Source: Octopus bimaculoides
Taxonomy: Eukaryota
NCBI RefSeq assembly: GCF_001194135.2
Contig: NC_068989.1
Span: 80,723,783-80,787,782, forward strand
Direction of reading: 5' to 3'
Length of the DNA: 64,000 bases
Position 1 is the first letter of the stretch, and each line of letters opens with the position of its first letter. Both the position numbers and the translations under genes were made by a program. Of this stretch, positions 1 to 10,726 are shown piece after piece. The notes under the pieces were generated by a model that had not been told where the DNA came from, did no database searches, and saw only the letters and a list, made by a program, of their open reading frames with translations.

Positions 1-773
1 GACACACGACTGTGTCCTGTTTGCCAAGGGAAGTTATCCCTCTCACCATGATCTGTAGCACGAACGGATCTGGATTTCAGGGTTATTTCCCTTTGTCGGC
101 GTTCGATAGCCACTGACCTTGGTGAGAGAGACAAAATCCTGGCAATCTTATATCTACTTTTCCAGTGAAATTCTTCATTGATATCGAAAAGGTGAAAACA
201 AGCAATGTTAATTCTCTAAATGAAGTATTAACAGTAACTGCACGATAAAGTGTAGTATATTGCCACTTAAGTGTGGCTGACCCCTAGGGGTGGATGTTAC
301 TGTTGCTTTTAGCCCCAGGAGGACATCTCCTCCAGCTGGCTTATCGACACCATGATCTGGTTCCTACAACAGTTAGGAAGTGGCACTTCCTTACACAGCT
401 GTCTTCATTCATAAGTAACACATGGCCATACCAACGCAATCGCCTCTCTTGCACACCACAATTGAAGGTTCTTATGCCCAACTTTTCTCTCAGATCACGT
501 ACACCATGATCTGTTTGCCAAGGGAAGTTATCCCTCTCACCATGATCTGTAGCACGAACGGATCCGGATTTACAGATCATGGTGAGAGGGATAACTTCCC
601 TTGGCAAACAGGACACAGTTGTGTGTCGATAAGCCAGCTGGAGGAGATGTCCTCCTGGGGCTAAAAGCAACAGTAACATCCACCCCTAGGGGTCAGCCAC
701 ACTTAAGTGGCAATATACTACACTTTATCGTGCAGTTACTGTTAATACTTCATTTAGAGAATTAACATTGCTT
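1..773. repeat. Fold-back mosaic with nested perfect inverted repeats
   Basis: 151-bp arms 200-350/623-773; 41-bp arms 511-551/571-611; about 360-504 is an inverted copy of the adjacent RTE fragment. Confidence 0.9.
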
Positions 774-794
774 ATATATACATGTATACAGATT

Positions 795-1885
795 CCATCA
801 CATGCCAGGAGGAAAAAACTAGAAGTAGTTGACAGCTTCTGCTACCTAGGCACCCGAATGGTTGTTCTGTGAGTGTAGCGACTAGAGTAAGAATAGCCTG
901 GGCAAAGTTTAGGGAGCACCTTCGTCTGCTGGCAACTAAGGGCCTCTCACTCAGGGTGAAAGATAGACTGTATGATGCATGTGTGTGAACTGCCATGCTA
1001 CACGGCAGTGAAACATGGGCCATTAATGCTGAGGACAAGGCATAGGCTTGAAAGAAATGAAGGTAGTATGATCCGCTGGATGTGTAACATCAGTGAGCAT
1101 ACACAAGAGTGTACGTGATCTGAGAGAAAAGTTGGGCATAAGAACCTTCAATTGTGGTGTGCAAGAGAGGTGATTGCGTTGGTATGGCCATGTGTTACTT
1201 ATGAATGAAGACAGCTGTGTAAGGAAGTGCNNNNNNNNNNTGGCCATGTGTTACTTATGAATGAAGACAGCTGTGTAAGGAAGTGCCACTTCCTAACTGT
1301 TGTAGGAACCTGTGGAAGAGGTAGACCCAGGAAGACATGGGATGAGGTAGTGAAGCATGACCATCAAATATTGGGCCTCACAGAGGCAATTACAGGAAAC
1401 CGGGACCCTTGGAGATATGCTATTAATGAGAAGACCCGACAACTAAAGTGAGATCGCAGTCACGCACATCCAGCCCTTTAAGAATACTTCTGATGCATCA
1501 GACAATAAGATATGCTTGAGAAGACCTGTTGAGTCAAGTAAAACAAATATTGTAGCTGGGGCTGGTGCCCTCTGGCTAGCTCCCGTGCTGATGGCACGTA
1601 AAAAGCACCAACTGATCATAACCGATGCCAGTAACTCCGGACTGGCTTCTGTGCTGGCTGCACATAAAAAGCATCATCCGAACGTGATCGTTACCAGGCC
1701 TGCCTTACAGGCTCCTGTGCCAGCGGAACATAAAAAGCACCCACTACACTCTCGGAGTGGTTGGCATTAGGAAGGGCATCCAGCTGTAGAAACTCTGATT
1801 GAAGCCTGGTGCAGCCGCTGGCTCTACATACATCAAACCATCCAACCCATACCAGCATGGAAAACGGACGTTAATTGATGATGAT
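795..1885 (+). mobile_element. 5'-truncated RTE-clade LINE (C-terminal RT/thumb region plus 3'UTR with (GAT)n tail)
   Basis: Translates to LEVVDSFCYLG...LYDACV*TAMLHGSETW...LRWYGHV...GRGRPRKTW with stops and frameshifts. Confidence 0.9.
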
Positions 1886-3349
1886 GAGTGCTCAACTACT
1901 ACTTATTTTATTGACCCCAAAAGGACGAAAGGCAAAGTCAGCCTTGCTGGAATTTGAACTCAGAATGCATGGTCAAACAAAATACTGCTAAGCATTTTAC
2001 CTGGCATGCTAACAATTCTGCTAGCTTGTTACCTTCAGTGATCAATATTTTCTTTTAAATATTTATTCTTAGTTGACAATGTCCAATACAAGTTTTCTCC
2101 TGCTCATTATGTTTAATGTGCAGATAACCCTGTGATTGCTTTCTTTGTTAACAGAAAGTGCTGCTAAACTAATTAGTATTATTAGCCCTGCTTTGTTAAT
2201 AAATACATTAATGGAAGTCTATAGATAATTAGCTGTCATCTTAATGGTTGTGCTTATTAAAAATCTCTCTGGCTCATCTAATAACGTGTTAAAACCTCCA
2301 AAAATGTGTGCGTGTGTGTATAGTGTGCCACTATGTGGCTGCTCGATCTGCTAGAAGTAGTATCCAAATTGCCCTCAAATGACATCTTACAGTATAAAAA
2401 GGGGAATGATATATTGGATAATAATATGATTCTAGATACACTACACCTGTAACATAGGTGAAATGATCACAGGTAGAATGCCTTTCATCATAGATCTGTC
2501 TAGTCAGAACTGACTTGAAGCCAAACAAGTGGAGTTAGGGTTAGTTTTTTAATCACTGGACTGCAACCATGTTAGGGTATTAGTCCTATTCATTTATTTT
2601 TTCTTCTCCAGTGGAGCACTAATCCTACAGAGTATCTGAATAGTGGACTACATACCTAACTTATCTTTCCTTTTGCCAGAGAGTAGGCTATGCTTTGAGG
2701 GAAATTTGGTGGCTATTTCTAGCAAATTACATGACTATATCGAGGTTCTCTCAGTGGCTCATCAGGAATCAAGTTATTTGATTTCAGATCATCATTGATC
2801 AAGCAGACCTACGGTCAAAAGACATTTCACCCATCACCATCTCACCTCATCTGTTCTGACACAGTGTTCCTAGGACTACCATGTTATTTTCCGTGGCCGC
2901 TTGTATAAATATATGAAGAAGAAGAGGAAGAAGAAACAACTGTAATATGTGATCTGAGTTAGATTTAGCTACTATTTGTAGTACATGGAGGTTTCCTTGT
3001 TGATGTAGCATCATGAATTACTTGTAGACGAATGATTTTCAAAGCTGAAAGCTTTTCCTTTACCACTTATGCATGATATGGAAGTTACTCCCACGTTTAT
3101 GTGTAGGCAGTAGGGCCATGCATGTGTGTGCGCTATTTTATATTTCACCTGCTTCACAGGAAATATAATTTGCTTGACTTCAGTATTATAAATATTTCAT
3201 AGATCACAAAAGTTATATCAAGTTATTGAATATGAAATGGACAAATTATCTTGAAAGGTTTCTTTTTTTCTTTTATAATGATTAAATCTTATAGAAATAT
3301 TTCGTGAATATCTAAGACTGTTTATGAAAACCTGACAAGCTGAAGATAG

Positions 3350-3383
3350 GTTTATTTATTTATTGTTTACTTTGCAGGTAAGA
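3350..3383 (+). promoter_or_regulatory. Juxtaposed 3'/5' splice signal (candidate recursive splice site, or donor of a small UTR exon)
   Basis: tttatttatttattgtttactttgCAG|GTAAGA. Confidence 0.4.
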
Positions 3384-3451
3384 AAACGACATTAATAACT
3401 TATATTTCTGAGACAGTTATATATCAGTTTATATTTGAATGAACAAATGTC

Positions 3452-3498
<47 letters not shown>

Positions 3499-3882
3499 TT
3501 GCCTTGATATTGTGTGACAGTTGTCAGTGAATGTCACAATCATACAAGCAGTGTCATTTGTTGCCGGTCTTCTATGAAAATATGTCCAACCAAGGGAAAA
3601 TATTAAGTGTAAGTCCATAGTTGATGATCCTCTTTTGGGTTCATCTATCCTTTTGACAGATATTGTTGTAGTTCTGCTGTATTTCTAGTTACCCTACCCA
3701 TCAGATAAAGTTTTTTAAAAAAGCTTCCTCTATTTTGCTTTGAAATATGAAAAAAGCAAAAACAAAATTAGGAAAATCCCAACAAAAATGGAGAAATCCA
3801 TCTCACTCGTCACATGGAACAGCTGAAGTCTGTCAGTCGAATATCTATTATTTTAATTTCTTTTTTTAATGATACCCTAGGC

Positions 3883-4231
3883 CAGTGTGTCTTAACCTTT
3901 TCACCTTTGCGTAACCCTTAAAATGAATTGCATGTCTCTTGGAACCCCTGCCCAAAAATGATTACAAACCATATCTTTCTCATTTTTTTTTCAGTGAGAG
4001 AGAGAGAGAGAGAGAGAGAAAAAGTATCCATAAATTACAGACATCACTAAATATATCCCCAATGGTTGTTATATTTTTTTGATAACATAATAAGTTAGAT
4101 AGGATGATGTCTATATTACAATAACCAATGATATGTTGTGCATGTATAGCAATATTACGATCATGAAATTAGCATTAGCTTATCTCACATTTACTGAGAT
4201 AAGCTAATGGAACCCCAGTTGAGAAATGCTG
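3883..4231. mobile_element. hAT (Charlie-like) MITE
   Basis: TIRs cagtgtgtcttaac / gttgagaaatgctg; 8-bp TSD ccctaggc / ccctagac. Confidence 0.75.
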
Positions 4232-4794
4232 CCCTAGACAGTGTAGTTCACAGTATACACGAGGAAAGAATGGTCAAAGCTGAAATGCTCTCAATCATGC
4301 ATTTGTTTAAATCAAAAGCTAACCTGTTCTCTGTCACTATACATTAGTTAGGTCTGACATGGTCTCTGTCAGTGTACATTAGTTAGGTTTGTCATCATTT
4401 CTGTCACTGTACATTTGTTAGATCTGTTTTGGTCTCTGTTACTTTTGCCTAGACTCCCGATGGTTCTGTTGCAAATCACAGCAAATTACAACCCACTCAC
4501 CCACAAGCAATGACTACTATCACATGATAAGGCATCACACACATTCTACATAATGCTCCTACATACCTAAGGTCATGAACCAATGAAGGACTCTCCAAGT
4601 TGTTACTCTGCCTCCTACGATTGCTTCCATATTTTGAAACTCTGTCCTACTGTCATAAAAAGTGGATGAATATGTCACACTGCATATTTACAATTCATCA
4701 TTAAATGTCAGTAAGGTGGCAAGCTAGCAGAACTGTTAACATGCTGGACAAAATGCTTAGAGGTATTTCATTCATCTTTACATTCTGAGCTTAA

Positions 4795-5099
4795 CCCATA
4801 AACTGTGATAGACCACCTCAGTGGCCAACGCGACAGTGCGATAGGCCACCTCGGTGGCCAACGCAACAGTGCGACAGGCCACGTGCGTGACCACGGAAGT
4901 AGGGCATGATCTGACCTAATTTTGATGACGTATAATGTATGCACACGATACCCTTTCACCCCAGAAACAGTGTAGCCAATCACAGAAGGTGTTAAGAAAC
5001 ACTGAGTATTTTTTTCGAGTGGTAGATCAATGTTGATCTTTACCCAAAATAGGCTTAGCAGTTCGTGTTACATACAGCAAAATCTCAGCAGTTTATGGG
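4795..5099. mobile_element. piggyBac-type MITE inserted in a SINE
   Basis: TTAA|CCCATAAACTG ... CAGTTTATGGG|TTAA; host SINE rejoins as ttctgagc-TTAA-attctgcc. Confidence 0.85.
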
Positions 5100-6796
5100 T
5101 TAAATTCTGCCAAAGTCAACTTTGCCTTTTGTCTTTTTGGAGTCACTAAAACAAGTACCGTTCAAGTAATGGGTGTCAATGTTATTGACTTCCTACTCCC
5201 CTCAAAAACTGCTGGCCCTGTGTCAGGATTTGAAACCATTATTAATTGTCAGTGTGTACAGTATGGTCTGTAATCTAAGTGGAGACATTGTATATGTGGG
5301 TAAGCAGATCTGTAGGTTGCACCTAGTTACTGTGCCAGTAACTTGCATGGCATAAGACTGCTCATTAAGGGCTACACGACAACACCTATACCTATGATCT
5401 GTGATCACTGTTAAGTTGTAGGTGGCAACTGTGGTGACCACACCATAGGTGAAGCATCGGCAGGATTTCCACAGAATATGCTTGAGCAGATTCTTGTTAT
5501 TAACTCCAAACATTTTGGAGGACTTCAGCTCTGAACTGCTGTTGCTGACAAGATATTTCCCATTATAGAATACGCTTATTTACATCAGTAAATTGTACCA
5601 ATCTGAGCAAAATGTCCTGGCCTTAGATATTGCATTGTGCTATTGACGAAATACAACCATTCACCTTTCAGCCAGTAGTCTGGCATGAAATTGGTTTAAC
5701 TATCTGAAGCTCTCTGCTTAAACAGCAAGACCAAAATACTCAAATTCAGTTAGCACCACACAGACATGTAAAGGATGCATTTCATGTTTGTTATTGCAGC
5801 ACATATGATGCTTGAAGCATCTTATCAAAACCACTTATAGATATTTAGCGATTAAAGCTTTTTTCTAAATTTCAAGTGTTCCTCATCATTTTCAGCACTC
5901 TTTCACTTCCATAAGTGTTAGTCAATAATCTATGCCATATTGTACTCCCATCACTGACCAATCAGCTTCTGGCGTTGCTTCCTATTCGTGATGAAGTTAG
6001 CAGCTTCATTAACTCCTTGATCTGTATCTGGTTACATCATCACGAATTGCTTGTCTGTCACAAAACTACTCCAACACAACAAGCTCCATGGATTTTGCAC
6101 TCAAAAGGAGTAAATCTGATTGGACACATTCTGGACATAGACAGATACTTCCAAGTCTCTTCCATATCCGGATAGAAAATGCAATGACACCAACCAACAT
6201 GACTCTCTAGGATCTAGCTCTGAATCGGATTATCCACCTCCAATAACAGATTACCTCTACCACATCTACCACACTTCAATTGATTCTGTATACCAATATG
6301 TGGGTGTAAATGGATAAAATCTTTTTCTTAGGCGCCACCATTTATTTTGTCTGCTTTTCCATACATGTATGAATTAGATGGGGCTTTTTTGAAACGGTGT
6401 TTATGGCTAGATGCCCTTTCTAATGCCAACTCTTTTAGTTGCCCCTTATAACATGCAGGGATATGATGCCCCTTTTCCTAAACAAAGATATATACTCTCT
6501 CTTTCTCTCAAGGGAAATCGTAGTTGTGGCCAATGCCAGTCTCACATGAGTCGCACATGTGCTGGTGGAATGTAAAAAGCACCCTTCAAACTTTGGGCCT
6601 CACAGAGGTAGTGACAAGTGTAGGTATAGTAGCGTGTGTGTGTTTGTATGTGTGGTAGTAACTGCATATGTGTATGCATGGTAGCATGTGTGCATATTGG
6701 TGGTAACACTGTGTGTGCAGTGTGTATGTGGTAGCATGTGGGGGGGGGGGGTTAACTGCCACTGGTTCAGAACCTCAATGAGATTTCCCATTTTAA

Positions 6797-7581
6797 CCCT
6801 TTTGATACCAACCCACCTGAGATCACCCCTGATCCTATGATACAAGATTTTGGGTTTAAAGTGATTTAAATTAAAAAACTATCATCAAAATTTCAATTTA
6901 CTCTTTTACTTGTTTCAGTCATTTAACTGCGGCCATGCTGGAGCACCGCCTTTAGTCGAACAAATCGACCCCAGGACTTATTCTCTGGAAGCCTAGTACT
7001 TATTCTATCGGTCTCTTTTGCTGAACTGCTAAGTTACNNNNNNNNNNNNNNNNNNNNNNNNNNNNNNNNNNNNNNNNNNNNNNNNNNNNNNNNNNNNNNN
7101 NNNNNNNATATATATATATATATATACATACATATATACGACGGGCTTCTTTCAGTTTCCGTCTACCAAACCCACTCACAAGGCTTTGATCGGCCCGAGG
7201 CTATAGTAGAAGACACTTGCCCAAGGTGCCATGCAGTGGGACTGAACCCAGAATCATGTGGTTGGTAAGCAAGCTACTTACCACACAGCCACTCCCATTC
7301 ATATTTCAAGCACCAGCTTAACAATGAGTGTCATTTTACTAAATTCTTCATTATCAACAAAATTAATTCAAAGCTGGTACATTTCAGCCAATATATTATA
7401 ACAAAAAGCTTAAAGTCTTCTTATCTAAATTAGAATCTTATATTCCAAATATCAGATTAATAATAATAATAAAAAGATTTATTTTACTAAATCTCTCCAA
7501 ATTCTTAATTTATTTTAAAAATTAATAAGAACGTATTGACAGTGTTATTTGTATCTTGTTTAAAATATGGTCACGAACAGG
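6797..7581. mobile_element. piggyBac-type MITE with nested SINE
   Basis: TTAA|cccttttgatacca ... tggtcacgaacagg|TTAA. Confidence 0.6.
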
Positions 7582-7802
7582 TTAATATGTTATACACTGC
7601 TTTAGGCATTTTCATGTGTGCATACATATGCACCTATGCATGCATTTACACAAGTACTCGTGCACACACTGCAGTGCATGGTTGTTACTAAGCATGGCCA
7701 TAATCACTGCAGTTTAAACAACTAAAGCAATTTCTTTAAAACTGAAACCTGTTTAAATTCAGGCTGATATAAATGCAAGTAGTGTGTGTGTGTGAGAGAG
7801 AG

Positions 7803-8023
7803 CCTTTAGCATTCAGACTGTTCTGTCAAATGCAATGCTTATTCATTTGACATTATTTGAATTAATCATTCATTTTCTCAAAGCTTCAAGATTATAATGA
7901 CATGATTGTTCATTCTTAGAATAACAGTGCAGGGCAGGTGTGAGAAGCCAGATCTGGCCAGTTTGAACATAAAACAAGTAGAATGTTTTGGGGCTGGACA
8001 TGGCTGGTTTAAATGCTGCAGGA
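7803..8023. mobile_element. piggyBac-type MITE
   Basis: cctttagcatt ... aatgctgcagga|TTAA; degenerate TIRs. Confidence 0.5.
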
Positions 8024-8293
8024 TTAAAGTAATACACAGGAGAGGGGGGGAGGAGAACTACCTTGATAAGGGTTTATTCATCTCAAAACTGGGGCCTCTT
8101 CCTTCAGTTGCTGCTTTCAGTTTCTTGTTCCATTTTTTTCAGATACACATACATACACACATATGCATGACTGCAACAATCCAGCAAGGGAGCCTGTACA
8201 TGGTTGCGTTATCTGCAAAAAATAGCAGCCAAATATTTCCCAGACTCAGATGTCTTGAATAAAGAAGTCACAGTAGATACTGTAGCCCATACA

Positions 8294-8720
8294 TACTCTT
8301 TTACTTGTTTCAGTCATTTGACTGCGGCCATGCTGGAGCACCACCTTTAGTCAAGCAAATCGACCCCAGGACTTATTCTTTGTAAGCCTTGTACTTATTC
8401 TATCGGTTTTTCTTTTGCCGAACCGCTAAGTTACGGGGACGTAAACACACCAGCATCGGTTGTCAAGTGATGTTGGGTGAACACAGACACACAAACATAT
8501 ACACATACATAGAAATATACATATATATGACATGCTTCTTTCAGTTTCCGTCTACCAAATCCACTCACAAGGCTTTGGTCAGCCCGAGGCTATAGTAGAA
8601 GATNNNNNNNNNNTTTCCGTCTACCAAATCCACTCACAAGGCTTTGGTCAGCCCGAGGCTATAGTAGAAGATACTTGCCCAAGGTGCCACGCAGTGGGAC
8701 TGAACCCAGAACCATGCGGT
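8294..8720 (-). mobile_element. tRNA-derived SINE family A (CORE-like ccttgggcaagt segment, internal microsatellite, AAGAGT-type tail). Other copies include 6899-7297(-), 19090-19510(+), 34230-34380(-), 55660-56050(+), 57284-57535(+).
   Basis: Recurrent head tggctgtgtgg...ggttcagtcccactgcgtggcaccttgggcaagtgtctt with A/B-box-like motifs; dozens of copies. Confidence 0.8.
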
Positions 8721-8902
8721 TATACATACATATATATACATACATGCATGCATATAAGCATACACATTCACACACATGATTGCAACTATCTTACAAAGCA
8801 GCTTCTACATTGTTGCGCAATCTGCCAAAAATAGCAGCCAAATCTCTCCCAAATATCAACTGGTTTTCATAAAGAAAAGTTACATTAGATACTGTTGTCT
8901 TA

Positions 8903-10726
8903 TCTTAATATATAAATCTGAAATTGTGTGTTTGTGTGAAGCCTTTTTGAATGTTTATAGAAATCCACATTTTCCACTTTTTCGTAAACATTTTTACATC
9001 AATGGAATTTTCTCGATCTGAACTTTCCAGTGCAGCAATTAGATTTTTTAAATTCCGTTTACTTTGTGTGATTTAAGGGAGATTTGGCTGTTGTTTCTAG
9101 CAACTTTTATATTTCATCCCTGCTACCTGGAACGCCATTCTTACACACGCGCTCAACATAAAAATATAGAGAGTAAAAGTANNNNNNNNNNNNNNNNNNN
9201 NNNNNNNNNNNNNNNNNNNNNNNNNNNNNNNNNNNNNNNNNNNNNNNNNNNNNNNNNNNNNNNNNNNNNNNNNNNNNNNNNNNNNNNNNNNNNNNNNNNN
9301 NNNNNNNNNNNNNNNNNNNNNNNNNNNNNNNNNNNNNNNNNNNNNNNNNNNNNNNNNNNNNNNNNNNNNNNNNNNNNNNNNNNNNNNNNNNNNNNNNNNN
9401 NNNNNNNNNNNNNNNNNNNNNNNNNNNNNNNNNNNNNNNNNNNNNNNNNNNNNNNNNNNNNNNNNNNNNNNNNNNNNNNNNNNNNNNNNNNNNNNNNNNN
9501 NNNNNNNNNNNNNNNNNNNNNNNNNNNNNNNNNNNNNNNNNNNNNNNNNNNNNNNNNNNNNNNNNNNNNNNNNNNNNNNNNNNNNNNNNNNNNNNNNNNN
9601 NNNNNNNNNNNNNNNNNNNNNNNNNNNNNNNNNNNNNNNNNNNNNNNNNNNNNNNNNNNNNNNNNNNNNNNNNNNNNNNNNNNNNNNNNNNNNNNNNNNN
9701 NNNNNNNNNNNNNNNNNNNNNNNNNNNNNNNNNNNNNTCTAATGAAGTAATAGGCAGTGAAGAGAAGCAGTCATAAGAAAACTTTTAACTACCCCTATTC
9801 CTTTCTCTCCCCCTCTCTACCTCTTCCTCTCTCGCTCTCTCAAAAGCATACACGTGCAAGTACACAATCATTCAGTAAAATATAACTCATGTTCGTCAAT
9901 GTTTTGTAAATTTACAAAGATTTTCACTAGGGTGTTAGGGTTGGGGTTTTAGGGTCAGGGTTAAGGTTTAGGATTAATGTTACGGTTACGGTTTTTAGGG
10001 TTAGGGTTAGGGGTTAGTGTTAGGGTTAGTGTTAGGATTAGGGTTGGGTAATCGTGCGGGTGTTAATCTGAAAAATTACAGATATGTGAAAAGTACCGAC
10101 ACTGCCATCTATTATAACTTTTGTTGTTCTGTTTAATATATACATAGATTATGCCTCCAAAGAAGAGAGTTTGCTGGGGAAAGACAGCAACCGGTTTAAA
10201 ATGACAGCAACAGACTGCAGTAATGCACCACATTCCAGAAGCTATTTTGAACATAATGCAAAATGGTGCATCAACATCTTCTGCCCAATNNNNNNNNNNN
10301 NNNNNNNNNNNNNNNNNNNNNNNNNNNNNNNNNNNNNNNNNNNNNNNNNNNNNNNNNNNNNNNNNNNNNNNNNNNNNNNNNNNNNNNNNNNNNNNNNNNN
10401 NNNNNNNNNNNNNNNNNNNNCCGTCCTAGCTCCTGCTAAAAGGGATTACCCTGCTATGTATAATCAGGGCAGCGCAAAACGTTGTTTTGCACAAGCATTT
10501 CTATAGCCAATTACACGGATGAAATTTACGTATGCTTAATAATTTTACGCAAAACAGCCTTCAGACTTTCCCTATTAATTTCATCGTCTTTTGAATTATG
10601 AACATATTTACATCATAAGGGTTTTTTCGTTGTAAGGCTTTCTTTTTTAGTTGATTTTCAGCTAGCAAGACTTATCATAGATGGCATAATAAGTCACACC
10701 CGGACAAGGTCGGTTTATACTGCTAG
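8903..10726 (+). mobile_element. Helitron-like element (two internal N gaps)
   Basis: A|TCttaatatataaa 5' end; 3' hairpin ccggac-aag-gtcgg then CTAG|T; no TSD; flanks rejoin into a repeat seen elsewhere in the window. Confidence 0.7.
9928..10048 (+). repeat. Degenerate interstitial TTAGGG-like array
   Basis: ttaggg, tcaggg, ttaagg, ttacgg, ttagtg variants in tandem. Confidence 0.85.

Noticed and set aside
1186-1288. Tandem duplication across a 10-N gap (also 8546-8663 and near 52956)
   Set aside because: Identical sequence on both sides of a 10-N join indicates unmerged contig overlap.
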